Shown piece by piece: positions 21,823 to 34,766 of a DNA stretch of 58,396 nucleotides. The notes below the pieces were generated by a model that ran no database searches, was not told the DNA's origin, and saw only the letters and a program-made list of their open reading frames with translations. Origin of the DNA: Patescibacteria group bacterium (lineage in GTDB: Bacteria > Patescibacteriota > Gracilibacteria > BD1-5 > UBA2023); contig JAVHPT010000078.1 in assembly GCA_036170735.1 (NCBI GenBank), forward strand, positions 1-58,396, given 5' to 3'. The stretch's first letter is position 1. Each line of letters begins with the position of its first letter. Position numbers and translations under genes: made by a program.

Positions 21823-22486
21823 GAAAATCAAGGAAAGTGTCAAAGAACTTTGGATCGAATTCACCGTGACTGGAGATAATCATCGTGGCGTTATTTTTCT
21901 CTTGGTATTGTGTGATAAAATCTATGAGCTTCTTCTGAAGTACCGTGTCAAGATGGGATCAGGGTTCATCGAGAAGGAGTATATTTGGTTTGTGGATAAA
22001 TGCACGAATAAGATTGATCCGTTCGCGTTGTCCAGCTGACAATTCTCAGACAGGAGTATATTCATATTGTTTCATCTCAAAATACGTAAGAAGCTCACCA
22101 TACCAGTCCATATCTATTCAGAGAGAAAGTGTTTCTGGAAATATGAGGATATTATCTCGTACATGCATACTCTCGAAGAAATCTGCATCAACAAAGGCAT
22201 AGCCAAATATATAAAATCTCTCTTTTTGAAGCTGGGTATTTGAGAGTTCTCCAACTTGGATTTTTCATGAAGTTGGCCGTAAGATACCTCACACAAGTTT
22301 CAGAAGAGTTGTTTTTCCACTTCCAGATGGTCATGATATGAGGATCTTTTTTCACGGTGATAATTCAAAGGAAAGAGGAAGAATAACCACTTTTTTCTTT
22401 CCATAGCTATAGTTCACATCTGAAGCAGATATGTGTAACGTGCTATTTTCGCTGGTTGGTGATAATGAGATTATTTTCCTGATCAT
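21794..22486 (-). CDS. ABC transporter ATP-binding protein
   Basis: Walker A is IS-G-PSGSGKTTLLKLV, the ABC signature is LSAGQRERINL, and Walker B is LLLDEP-G-SHLD. 230 aa. Confidence 0.92.
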
Positions 22487-25400
22487 GCGAGTGTTGAATT
22501 AGCTCAAGGTAATGTATCTATTGTGGGTTCTATATTTTCTCCTTGCAGAACCGTAGGTGATGAAATAGGTGATATGGGAAGAGGAGGGATTATTTCAGCA
22601 TCTTGAACATCCATTGTTTGTGGGTCAGATATACCTGGGATATTGGTAGAATCGTTATTTGTTGCTGTTCCAGGAGAAACTTCTGTATTTATGTTTTGGG
22701 ATATAGTTCATCGCTTCACCAGCAGCGTAATACCAACTATGATTATAAGAGTTATCATCCCAAGAGCAATATAGATATATATTTCATTGGACGCTGCACT
22801 CTTCGCAGAGCCCACGTTTCGAAAAATCCGTAACTTAAATCCAATCTCATTATCGCCGAGGCTCAGTCCAAATGTCGTATTCCGGAGAAGTGACTCATCT
22901 CCATCAAAGGCTGCATCAAGCTGAACAAGGACATTAAGAGAAATTATATCTTCAATATTTGCTAATCATAAGAATTGTTCAAGCGGAATCCCACTTCAGC
23001 TCATGATTTCTTTTGGAAAATCTCATGCTGTTTTTATATCTTTCCACATATGAAGAGTCGTTCCAGAGAGGCTTGTAAGTTTTCCTTCATCAATACGAAC
23101 CGTGAGCTTTCCAGCATCTCCATGAAATGAAAGAGATCAGATATCATATGTAAATGGTTCTGTCACCTTTCATAGTCTGTGATTTCGATCTTGAGATATG
23201 TAATATACGCCAAATAATGAGTTACCAGAAGTGTCGGTTTTGTTGAGGTACCTTGCATATCTCGAGACGGAAGTGGTATTCTTCTCAAAGAGTCATTTGA
23301 GTTGTTTACTCATCTCTACTCAATCCAGCATGGTAGCGAAGAAAGTGCCTTTTTCAAAAGAGTCCGTTGGAGCTAGCTGCTTCTTCTTAGTGTCTCATGT
23401 AGTAGCAGCATCGATCACATGCCTGATGGTGGATCGATTGATCCCTAGGATAAAGAAGTCATCGATAAATGCGTATGCGAAGCCAATCTTCCCAATATAA
23501 GGAATCGGAAGATCTTCGGCATAGTAGATCTTCTTTCAGTTATAATCTTCGATGAGTGGTTTTGCAAGGAATCATTTTATGAGATTAGCTTCACTTGATC
23601 ATCGAAAATTCTCAAGAATCTTATTGCGGAGTATATCTATGAGTTCTTTTCACTTTTCCTCACTCGTTACTTGTACTGAGATATACGTATTGATCTTCTC
23701 AACATTCCAACCATCAAATATATCAGGATCAATTCCTCCGAGAGTCCATGCAAACTCTCAACCGAGATAATCAAGTATATTCTTCCCGCCAAGTACCTCT
23801 TTGCTAAATTCATCAAATCATACTCAGAGCTCTTTGTTCGCCTGGATTTTTTCTTGAAGTTTTTTGAGGTCAAATCAAAAGACGAACGAGAGAATTCCGG
23901 TCTGGATATGTGGATTGGTAATGAATGAAAGAGAGTCTTTCGTGGCTCAGTCTAGTATTTTTTGTATCTCTTGAATATCTTTATCTTCAGTTGCGGGGAT
24001 CGGAGTCATGAAAAAATCTATTTCCATGCCATCTCAATATCGATTGAGGACAATTCCCATTGGGTCAAGAGAGGCTCGCCAGATGTCTCGGTATTTCAGA
24101 ACGTTATACTTGTAATCTTCTATCTCAGCCCGAGATATCTGAGAGAGATCGTATTGAACCTCAGGAATAGTTTTTACTCATTTGAGAGAACCAATACTTT
24201 TATTTACCACTAGGCCATCGTTCTGGATACTAAACTGAGACATTACACTTCCAGTGAGCGTTGAGAACCCCAATTGGTCGATTTCATCGAGTGATTTTGG
24301 GCTTTTCCCAAAGGCATCACTATAGGCCCAAGTAAGTTCCTGGAGAGACCAGAGATTCTTATAGTCGCGATACTTCCTATAGTGGGTCAGGTAGGTCTCA
24401 AATGTGAGCATCTTCTCGAAAAATGTATCACCAACAAACATAAACGCATCTTGTATTTGCTTGGATTTCTTCCACCAAACGTAGTGAAAATCCGGAGCAT
24501 TCTTCATGCTTTTCTCAATGGCGAGATTTGTTAATCACTCAAGAGACTTCTTCGAATTGGCGATAAAGATATATCCATCTTTTGATCCAACTACCCGAGC
24601 TTTTGCTGTTGGAGAAAGGGCGTCCTTATCAGCCTCTGATAAGATAACGACCATATCTGGAGCTGTTGCATCAAGATTGTTGACGACAATTACCATCTCA
24701 TGTTTCAGATTTTTTTGCAACTGTTCAAAATCTTTGAGTTCAAAAAATGTCAGCAGGAAAGTTTTTATACTCTCTGAAACGTCGATTCCTGAGATGCGAT
24801 TGCTCGTATTGGACTTTTGATTCAGTATATCGATAAGATTCACGGGATTCTTCACATAGAGCATCATACTATCTGCAGGTACATGCGCAAAGATCGCTGG
24901 AATCTCTGGAATAGTAGCACCAGACAAGAGCGCAGTATAGTCTTTCTTTTCTGATGTATTTCCTGGTACAGTATTTTCTCCAATGTGGCCAATATACTGG
25001 ATTTCATAGTCAGGAGTTGCTCCACTTCCAGTATTTTTGTAGGTAAAATTTTTCTTGAATAATTCTAGAGTTCATTTCACTGGCAAGTAACTATTATTGA
25101 GCTGATTAATAGAGTCAGGATATTTTTCATAATCTGAAAAGTATACTCATAGAGCAATTGTAATATCTCTTACATTTGTGAGTGCCGCAGCACATTCCGA
25201 ACGATCAGAATAATTGGAACTTGATTGACAAGGAAGTTTTCAGCTCGAATTACTTGAACTAAATACAGGAATCGTTAGATCTATTTGCTGTTTCTTCTCG
25301 AGCTCAGCCTTTGCTTCAGCAAGAGTGTAGGTATTTTTCTTATAGTTGAGAGTATAGGTTCCACTGCTTTCATCTTGGTATGCTCTCAGAGAATTCATGA

Positions 25401-26481
25401 CATTATCTACGGCACTCACAATAGGCATACTCAATATGTTCTTGCTGGTGCCGATAGCATATAGAGCTTTATCAACTTCCTTACGAGAAGGAACCGATCA
25501 AAGATCAGTAATGGTAGTAATGTCCAAAAGGATATTTTGTATTCAAAACCTCACTCTATCGAGCTTATTTATGTCAACGATTCCATCAGGAAAATATCTT
25601 TTTATTTCGTCTGCGGTTGCACCAGAGATATCCCATGAGAGAGAATCTTTGTAATATTTATTTACAAATTTTCTATCTATTTTAATAGAATATGAGAGCA
25701 AAGCATTCATTGCTTGAATATCAAGGGCAGGCTTTCCTCAAGTAATTACATACTCAAACTCATCTTTCAGACTTTCGATCTTTACGGATCCTCTATTGAG
25801 ATAAATGGTTTCTTGATAGAGTTCTTCAGGTGTAGGAAGGTACCTATTTGATATCTCTCAGCTCCAAGGACAAAGAGTAGATGAATCATTTCCACTGTTC
25901 TCCTTCTGACACTTTTGCCGTTTCAGATCTTTTATCTTTTGTTCGATAGCAGTGATCATATCATTCGAGTTTGTATTTTCCACAAAATTAACTCCGAAAC
26001 TTGCATCGAGAAGCTGTCCTCAGATTGATGAGCCGAATCAGAGCGTTTTCCAATCAGATATAGACGGTCATTTTGGCACTCTATCAAGAATACTTTTTAT
26101 GTTTTGAGACTTTTGAACATCGTTAACATACATGTTAAAATTAGACCCCATTGGAAGGAGTTGATCATAAAAAGATTCATTTCCGGTATAGGTTTTCAGT
26201 ACAATAAACATGATTGCCTTCTCGATCACACTTGTATAGCGATAATTTGGACAGAGAGTGCCATTTGCAATACAATTATACCCATATCTTTCCATACTTT
26301 TAGGAGAAAAATTCGTATCTATCAGAGTTTTTAATTTTGCAAAATCATCTCATGTAGGGTAGGTGATTTGAGGGATGGAATCCGTGGATGAGGATGATGG
26401 TAAAGGAGAAAGAGCAGATACAGGAAGAATTACCGTTCCAATAAGTGAAACGAGAATAAAAAAAGAAAAGAATTTTTTCAT
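22471..26481 (-). CDS. Giant (1336-aa) secreted, C-terminally membrane-anchored protein of unknown function
   Basis: A single frame joins track ORFs 26068-26295, 25240-25434, 24535-24927 and 24178-24507. I checked every line from 22441 to 26481 and found only TGA interruptions. The signal peptide is MKKFFSFFILVSLIGTVILPVSA. The C-terminal TM segment is IYIYIALGMITLIIIVGITLLV, followed by a P/S/T-rich tail. The stop (TAA 22471-22473) lies inside the ABC ATPase start. Confidence 0.8.
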
Positions 26482-26497
26482 AAAAGAAAATAAAGAA

Positions 26498-27445
26498 TTA
26501 TTTGATTGGCTTACGAATAAGTGTAGAGAAATCTATTATACCAGTTGTAGAACGAGCTAACTCATCCACACGATAATATGCTCTCGCTTCAGGAAGGGAT
26601 AGTTTGGTATCTATGAGACTAGCATGGTAAGCGATCTCATCAGAGTGAGCAGGGAGGAGGGCATAGATGCTCCATGGAATCTTATCTTCTCGAAGAGCAT
26701 TCGTATGCATGAGGATGCTTGTTGTACAGTTGTTCCAGAGGGTATTATAGAACTCTGGTTCTCTATTCAGTTTATCTGTTCGTATGAGCATAGAGCGAAA
26801 GAGAGTTTGTATATTCTCTTTTGATGTCTTTACAGGATACATATAGACCTCATTTTTTCGGTAGTTGGTTCGGAGCTTGATCACATCCTCCTCATCAGCA
26901 ACCACATACATGAGCTCAAACTGGTTGAGAACTCCAAGAACTGCGTCAAATGATTCTCCACGTTCCTTTCGTACCTCAGCCGAGATAACCACATGTTGTC
27001 CTCCAGAAAATGAGAATGAGAGCATAGTATGTGCTGGCCCATCAAGATTCGAAAATGGAATGATCATATAGTGAACGGACTCTATTTTATTGAGATCATA
27101 ATCAGCATTATAATATCCAGGAGTAAAGTCTGTATCACTTGACCAACGATGATTCCGCACGTTTTGGATATGTACCGTATTTCCTGACCAAGATATCTCT
27201 GGAAGGATTGATTCTGCTGGTAACCAGTCTCGATATAAGGATGGTTTTTGTGAGAGCCACCATGCGAGTCCAACAGTGAGAATGAGGAGAAAGATCACGA
27301 GAAAAAGTCGCTCGAACCAGTACCAACATACAGCAATGATTTTCCATATTATATGTAGCGTGCATTTCAGGAATTTCCAGAAACCTGGTTTTTCCTCAGG
27401 AACAAATTCTTTTTTAGAAGAGCGGATGATACGACGAGTAGGCAT
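26498..27445 (-). CDS. DUF4105 (Lnb N-terminal periplasmic domain)-like membrane protein
   Basis: Intact 315-aa track ORF with an N-terminal TM segment. The motifs ...DWLPAESILPEI...VHYMIIPFSN...AEVRKE...NYRKNEVYMYPV...FYNTLWNNCTTSI resemble DUF4105. There is no in-frame TGA. Confidence 0.65.
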   Translation of the reverse strand: MPTRRIIRSSKKEFVPEEKPGFWKFLKCTLHIIWKIIAVCWYWFERLFLVIFLLILTVGLAWWLSQKPSLYRDWLPAESILPEISWSGNTVHIQNVRNHRWSSDTDFTPGYYNADYDLNKIESVHYMIIPFSNLDGPAHTMLSFSFSGGQHVVISAEVRKERGESFDAVLGVLNQFELMYVVADEEDVIKLRTNYRKNEVYMYPVKTSKENIQTLFRSMLIRTDKLNREPEFYNTLWNNCTTSILMHTNALREDKIPWSIYALLPAHSDEIAYHASLIDTKLSLPEARAYYRVDELARSTTGIIDFSTLIRKPIK

Positions 27446-27456
27446 AACGAGATATA

Positions 27457-29466
27457 TTATTTTGAAGTATTTTCTGTTTTAAACCAATTACTTGCATGAA
27501 AGAAATAAGAGAAAATCATGAGTGCTCCACCAACTACCATAAGGACGACAATTTTATTGTTTGTCGACATTGTCCCCATATCGTAGAAGATTATCTTTCA
27601 TACGGTTAGGCCAAGGAGAAGAAGTCAAAGAAGTTTTTCTGATCGATATATGGATCAGCGAAGTACTCCTACGGATATCATCCAAACAGCGAGTACTATC
27701 CACCAAAATGTTATAGCAATCGCACGTGGTCAACCAGTTGAGCCTGTGCTTATTCCAAGATCATTCATTCCAACAATGAGGAACGCATTTACAAGGAGTA
27801 AAAGAGTGGTATATCCAAATATTACCAATAAAAATGATGGTCGGCTTATCTTAGTTCCAGCTTGAACAAGTCTACTGAGTCGTAATCAGAGGAATAGGGT
27901 AACAAGAACAAATACACCACTGACAACTTCCGAAGACTTCAGTATTGTTCCGAGAGTGAGTCCGTCAGCAGTATGAGGAGTGAGAAGATTGAGGAAGAAA
28001 AAGAACGGACCAATAAAACCAAATGTCATAAGTATCACGGATATTCTGAGCAAATGTCATTGGGATTCCATAGGAGATTTTGTTACAGTTGCATAGACCA
28101 TAACAAAGAAAGCTGGAAGTATAAAGAACGCAAACGAGAAAGAGAGTTCTTGTAAAACATTGATAAGAAATGTCATGAGAATGATTATCAGCGCAACTGA
28201 TGAGTACATTTTCATTATTGGCGTAGTTGAGTTCTTCTCTGCTTTTGTTGGTAGTTTCCATGTCATAGGATACGCAAGGAGCGCAGGAAGAAGAGCGATA
28301 GTCGTCCAAAATGTCTGAGCACTCATCCCAACAGGATCACTATACATATGATAGAGCGCGAGAATCCCACCGATTCAGGTGAATAGCCAATAGGTCATAA
28401 GTCTCTCTCCTTTTGTAGGATCAACCATGAAGATAAGCGCAAAAATCAGACCAGCGTATGATATTATAGAGCTCGAAAAGAAATTGAGTTCAGGGAAATA
28501 TACAAAGAATCAGGCAATAAGGGAAACTATTCCTCAAACATAGAGAGCAACATGTTGGTACCTGGTCGTCATATTTCGGAGAACATACCAACCTACAAAA
28601 TAAGCCACAGCAATAATTCCGTATAACCCAGCAAGAGTTGTCGTTCCGATTCCTTCTTTCCCAAGAAGAGAAATATTAAACATGAACCAAAGGAGAGGCG
28701 CTATGTATCAAGCGGTCAGATATCCTTCAAACTTGGATTCAAATTTTTGAGATGAAAAGATAATCGCAAATATAGAGAATATTACGAGTCCAGTAAAAAG
28801 CACCGCAGAAAAACCAGTACTTGAGAGAAACTCAGATGCAACGGCGTGTTTGTAGGATAGTGTATATAGACTCGTTGTTCCAACAAGAAGTCCAACCATA
28901 TTTAGGGGAATGAGGTCATAGATGGCAATCTCTCTTCAGAGAAGAAATATAGCAACATTTGCCACAAAGAAATAGAGGAGATATGTATTAAACGAAAGTG
29001 AGCTCGTTCCCCATTCTCCACCAATAACGAAAGGGGTAATATATGCACCAATAAGTACGAGAGCAAGGATCACCTTTGATTTTCGAAAAGATGCAAAATA
29101 TGCAGCAGCAATAGTAAATATAGATGCTACAACAATAGAAGCATTTTCTGGTATAGTGGCAGATCAGAGGTCAGTTGTTCGTGATCAGTAGATAAGCGTA
29201 CCATAGAGGAGGAGGATGCCTCACCCAATCACTACGTCCGCAAAATATGAAAGTCTTTCAGAAAAAGAGAGACCACCACCAATAATAACAACAGAGAGAA
29301 AAAATCCAAGACCGAGTCGAATCGGTTGTGCAAGGTCAACCCAGATACTGTTATAGAGGAGATATCCAAGACCAATTACAAAAAAGAGGACTCAAACTAC
29401 AGGGATAAATTTTTCAATAACTTTATCGATGGTGAGCCCTCATTCTACCTTGTCAGAAAGAGACAT
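27457..29466 (-). CDS. DUF2339-like polytopic membrane protein
   Basis: 669 aa and about 20 hydrophobic segments. The C-terminus is RSEKLL-G-LLLLGLTV-G-KIIFYDMGTMSTNNKIVVLMVVGGALM. Every line from 27421 to 29466 was checked for TAA/TAG. Confidence 0.65.
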
Positions 29467-29546
29467 AAGCGAAATATTATGAATAAAACAAGCTAAAGTT
29501 AACTTTAAATCATGAAAAAGCAAAGTTTCATACATTGACAATTAAT

Positions 29547-30149
29547 CTACTTCTTCCTTATACATACGAAATACTCCTCGAAGCTCCTATCTCGGCATGC
29601 CTTTGGCTTAAACCTGGAGAGTTTCGCATAACGTTCCTTTACAGGAACAATAAGATCATTAATGTCTTCTCAGATAAAGACCTTGAGTATGAGATTTCAT
29701 CATTTTTTAAGGAAAACTTCTGCTACATTGAGGATAGCAAGATTGAGTTCTATCGATCGATATTGGTCTACTCATGTTATGCCTGTCGTATTCGGGGCAA
29801 TATCTGAAGTTATGAGATCAAATTGTCAGATATTGAGTCCATCGAGAAAGGTTCTTATTTTTTCAAATTCAAACACACTTTCCTTGAGGAGATGGATGTT
29901 AGGGTATCCAAAGTTTGGATCAATTTTCTGAATATCAATACCGACAACTTTTCATTCCCGTCCGATGATTTTCGCAATCACCTGGAGGAAGCTCCCAGGA
30001 GCGGAAGCTACATCAAGAACATTCATCTTTGGCTGTATGAGATTGTATTTCTCTTGTATCTCAAGGAGCTTGAATGCACTTCGTGCACGATAGCCGAGTT
30101 TCTTTGCTTTTTCAAAGTAAGTATCTTGCACTGTAAAGGTTTTAGGCAT
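29547..30149 (-). CDS. rlmE: 23S rRNA U2552 2'-O-methyltransferase (FtsJ)
   Basis: YRARSAFKLLEIQEKYNLIQPKMNVLDVASAPGSFLQV...-G-KVVGIDIQ...ITSDIAPNTTGI...ILKVF; 200 aa. Confidence 0.88.
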
Positions 30150-30322
30150 AGTTAAGTAGATGGGTAAAAGGCAGTTCGATCTGGAGTTTTAAGTCTTTGA
30201 TAAAATTTTGACAAACAAATGAATCCGAATAAGATGCTCAGTCGGTGTGACTGACACCTTATTTCTTTCATGTAAAAAATCAAGCGATTCATATGGAAAA
30301 TCAAGCGAAAAAGTGAACATAT

Positions 30323-30895
30323 ATGGTTATCGACCTCGAGATGACGGGACTTAACCCTTTTCAACATGGAGTCATAGAAGTATGAGCGATTGTTCTCAAT
30401 GATACATTCGATGTTATTGGGGAATTTTTCATGGATCTCTGTCCACCAGATAATATCATCATTGACCCAAAATCTCTTGAATATAACTGATTTACGCTTG
30501 ATCGCATTGCTGTAGGAAGGTCATACGAGGAGTTTTGTGATTACTGGGATGCATTTTATGAGACATATTTTTCAGTGGACAACAAGCCAATCATCATCTG
30601 ACAATATATCACGGCGGATATTGCTTTTCTTGCAAGTGTTTTTGCAAATGCTCGTCGAAATAAGCTCTATGAAAAACTCGGAAATGATATCATCGATACC
30701 AAGTCGATTGCTAACCAAGCCAATGCCATTGCCAGGTATAATAAGATTCCTCTTCCATTCAAGAGTACGAGTCTCTCGAAACCTGGTGGGCTTGCAACAG
30801 TTCTTCATCTTGAGGAATACATAGCCCATACAGCAAAAGGAGACATCATGGCAACGCGTGAAGCACTGCTAAAATTCTTAAAGTTTAAAAGATAA
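30323..30895 (+). CDS. DEDDh 3'-5' exonuclease (DnaQ-like)
   Basis: MVIDLEMTGLNPFQHGVIEV-G-AIVL (Exo I), ...IIDTKSIA..., and HTAKGDIMATREALL (Exo III, H-x4-D). 190 aa. Confidence 0.8.
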
Positions 30896-30930
30896 AATCC
30901 CCTTTGAAAAAGAGGAGATTTTTTATATAC
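30896..30930 (+). terminator. Imperfect hairpin plus T-run after the exonuclease gene
   Basis: aaatcccc-tttgaaaaa-gaggagattttttat. Confidence 0.5.
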
Positions 30931-30956
30931 TGCTCGGGTTCTTGTTTCTTTGTTCC

Positions 30957-31168
30957 TGTCATTCCTGACTTGTTCAGGAATCCAATGTTTCCATCGCTCC
31001 CGTCATTCTAAGTATAGTGAAGAATCCAGGATTTTCCACACAGAGCGTACTTTTTGTACAAAAAGTACCAAAAACCCTTCTGGGTCTTCTCTACTTCATT
31101 TTGGTATCTGTTCTATAACTAGATTTCTTAAATCACAAAAACTCACTCCTCCCAGTCGCTCAAACAGT
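30957..31168 (+). repeat. Mosaic intergenic repeat, locus A
   Basis: Modules: tgtcattcctgacttgttcaggaatcca (7-bp hairpin); ccgtcattctaagtatagtgaagaatccaggatttt; ccacacagagcGTACTTTTTGTACAAAAAGTACcaaaaac (22-nt perfect palindrome); cgctcaaacag. Confidence 0.85.
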
Positions 31169-31330
31169 TTGTGATTTTATAAGGAAATCTTTGTTATACA
31201 GATACAAGAAATTTGCAAACGAAGAAAAAGAAAAATATCGGACAGATTTGAGAAAACTCACCAAAGAAATAAGCAAAGATGAATCCACAAAAGAATCTAG
31301 TACCTTATACCTCATAATTTATACCTTCGC

Positions 31331-33115
31331 ATGTCTTACCCAACTAACTGGAATCTCTCTCGATATTTTTATACTGGACTTGATGATACAGAACTCGTTT
31401 CTGCTATTGCAGAGATCCTTCCTCGAACAGAAGCCTTCGCCGCAAAATATGAGAAATCTTTTGCGACACTTACCCATCCAGAACAGATTCTTGAGTTCTA
31501 CACCGACTATACCAAGCTCTCCTACGAGATAGCAACACCAAGCTACTATCTCTTTTATCGTTCTTCGCTAGATACGCAAGACCTCGAGATCCTCAAGAAA
31601 ATGGGAGAGGTGGATTATATCTATACTGAGGCCTCCAATAGGCTCCTCTTTGTTGCTCAAGGATGGAAGGAAATCGGGTACGACCGTATCATGGAATGGT
31701 CTCGTGATCCAAAGCTTGCAAAGTATAAAAATGATCTTGTATCTACAGCTGATGGAATCAAGTATATTCTTAGTGAAAAAGAAGAATATGTTCTCAATCT
31801 AAAGTCTCGTCCTCTTAGTCTCGCGAATGGACTTCATAATGAACTTACTGGTTCCTATGAGTTTGTGATGAATATAGATAATGAAGAGAAGAAATTGACG
31901 GAAGAGGAAGTGAGGAGCTACCGACAGCATACCGACAGGGGTATACGAGAAGAAGCATACCGATCACTTCGAAGAATATACAATACCAGGCAAAATCAGA
32001 TCATACTTGGGAATATCTACACAAGTATCATAAAAGATTGGAGTTCAGAGATTCGTATGCGCAATTATGGAGAAAATGTTATGGCTCAACGTAATATCTC
32101 GGAAGAGATGGATGATGAAGTGGTAAATATGCTCTTATCTGAAGTTGAGAAGGCATATCCATTCTATGCAAGATTTTTGAAGGCAAAAGCAAAGATGCTT
32201 GGCTTTGAGAGCGATTTCTCTGTCTGGGATATTGGTGCACCACTTGGGAATGTAGAAAAGAATTTCTCTTTCGAAGAAGCATATGATCTCCATCTTACGG
32301 TGATGAAGGATTTTGATAATGATTTCTATGATTATTCAAAACGCATGATCGAAGAAGAACGAATCGATGTCTTCCCTCGGGCAGGCAAGCGCGGATGAGC
32401 CTTTGCGAGTTATCGGAAATGAGATGAGAGTTTTGTTCTCTTGAACTTCACTGGTAAACTTCGAGATGTCTCAACAATCTCTCATGAAATCGGACATGCT
32501 ATTCATGGTTACCTCTCTCAAGTTCAAGAAGCTCCAGTCTACGATTCACCCCTTTCTATGGCAGAGACTGCGAGCATCTTCTCTGAGATGCTCCTCGGTG
32601 AGAAAGTGAAGTCACTTATCTCAAAAGAGGAATACAGAGAATATCTTAACGAAAGGCTTGGAGATATATTCTCGACTATCTTTCGCCAAGTTCAGTATGT
32701 AATATTTGAAAAAGAGATTCATACACAGATCCATAGCGGAAATGAACTCACATACAAAGAACTGAATAAACTCTGGAGAAAATCCCAAGAATCACTCTAT
32801 AGCGGAAGTGTTCGTCATGATGTAGCAGCGGAGGATGAGAGTGGTTGGTCGATGATCCCACATATTTTCCATACGCCGTTTTATTGCTATGCGTACGCTT
32901 TTGGAAATCTCCTGACATTCGCCCTCTACAACAAGGTCCATACAGAGAAAATTCTATTGGTAGAGGACTACAAGGATATTCTTCGTGCTTGAGGAAGTGA
33001 ACGTCCTCGTGATCTCCTTGCTCGCTATGGTATCGATATTGCCTCACCAGACTTCTATCAGTCAGGACTCAGAGAAGTGGAGAGGATGGTGGAGGAATTT
33101 GAAGGATTGGTTTAA
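31331..33115 (+). CDS. pepF: Oligoendopeptidase F (M3B family)
   Basis: Track ORFs 31331-32398 and 32441-32992 join through TGA. The zinc motif is TISHEIGHAIHGY and a downstream E lies in SMAETASIFSE. 594 aa; stop is TAA 33113-33115. Confidence 0.9.
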
Positions 33116-33132
33116 TTTTCTAATCTCTTTCC

Positions 33133-33888
33133 ATGTACTCTCTTATTATATTTGATCTCGATGACACCCTTGCTGAGAGCAAGTCCCAGATTAAGCCAGA
33201 TATGGCAGATAACCTATCTCGACTTCTTGAAAAAACAAAGGTGGCTATTATCTCAGGATGAAAATATGAGCAATTCATAAAACAAGTTATATCACAATTA
33301 CCATCTCATGCACATAAAGAGAATCTTTATCTATTCCCAACTTGTTGAGCATCATATTACCATTTCCAAAATAATAAATGGAAAAACGTATACGAGGAAC
33401 GTCTTAAGTTAGAGTGAGTGAAGAAGATATTTCAGGCTTTGAAAGATGCACAAAAAGCTGCAGGTGTGATTACAGAGTGACCATTTTATGGAGAACAAAT
33501 TGAGGATCGTGGGACACAGGTTTCCTGGTCAGCACTCGGGCAACAGTGTCCACCACCAATCAAGGCAACTTGGGATCCAGACCAGAAGAAGCGTCTCTCT
33601 ATGCTCCTATACCTTCAGAAAACACTTCCAGAATTTGAAGCGCGTGTAGGTGGTGCTACGACGATAGATGTTACCCGCAAAGGAATTGATAAAAAGTATG
33701 GTATTTACCAGATGGAAAAATACCTCCATGTTCCACTCGATCAGATGCTCTTTATCGGAGATGCGATATTTCCAGGGGGAAATGACTATGCTGCGGTGGA
33801 AGCGGGAATTGATTACTGCAAAACGACTGATCCAAAGATGACTTTTGATCTCATCAATGATCTTATCGAAAATAACGAAGTAAAATAA
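33133..33888 (+). CDS. HAD-superfamily (IIB-like) hydrolase
   Basis: MYSLIIFDLDDTLAES (DxDxT), AIISG-G-K, TRKGIDKKYG, and FIGDAIFPGGNDYAAV (motif IV). 251 aa. Confidence 0.75.
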
Positions 33889-33936
33889 ACTTCACTTTCT
33901 CCGTAAAATATGCTACAATAGTGGTATATTTTTATT

Positions 33937-34707
33937 ATGCAGACAAAAGACGATCTCATCCGTGAAAATACAGAACTCCGCGGCCGACTCGAACTCGCGG
34001 AAAGGTGGATGCAGCGTGAAGTGCAAGATGCAATGCAATCCATAGATAAGCAGTGAGTGAAATCACGGGCGAGGAAGCACTTTGCCAATCTTCTTGAAGA
34101 AGAAGGAATTGACATCATCGCACGCCGGATACATGAAACATTCGGTTTTAGCCTCGAATGTGCACCAGAGTTCACTCTTGAGCGTCTTATCGATAGTGAG
34201 ATCTACTGGTATACCCTCCAGAAATACCCAACCATGGATGGGCTTCCCGTGATTCTTGCCTATCAGAAAATCCTTGATGCTTGGATAAAAGAGAAGTTGA
34301 TCAAGGGTTTTCGCCGAAGTAATACCAACATACAGATTCAAAAACTCGCATCATGAGATACCCTTGAGAAGGATATTCAAAACATTCTTACCAAAAACTA
34401 CACACTCTCCATTGGTCGTTTGTATCAGATCCTTTCATGTATTCGTGATAAAAGAACTCTTGCTCCTCTGGTTTCCGGGCTTGTTCATTTTTGGAAAGAG
34501 AAAATTCCAGAAATTCTGCAGGTTCTTATTTCTGATGAATTCTTTCTTCCGTTTTCTGAGCTCATGGAACGTGAGATATTCACAAAGAAACGTCACGAAA
34601 AGAAAGTGACGTTTAGTGATGTAAAGAAGGTGAGAGAGGTAATGGTTCAGGCTTTCGGCAGCAGAGAATGATTATTTAGTGTTATCTTTAACATAAATAA
34701 ATATTAA
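33937..34707 (+). CDS. Hypothetical protein (256 aa), N-terminal coiled coil
   Basis: Joins track ORFs 34057-34356 and 34420-34671 through TGA. It starts MQTKDDLIRENTELRGRLELAERWMQREVQ. Under table 25 it runs 12 codons past the TGA at 34669 to TAA 34705-34707. Confidence 0.6.
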
Positions 34708-34766
34708 TGTCAAAGCATTTTTATAAATAATAATATTTTTCATGATTTTTCCCCTATAATCAGTTC

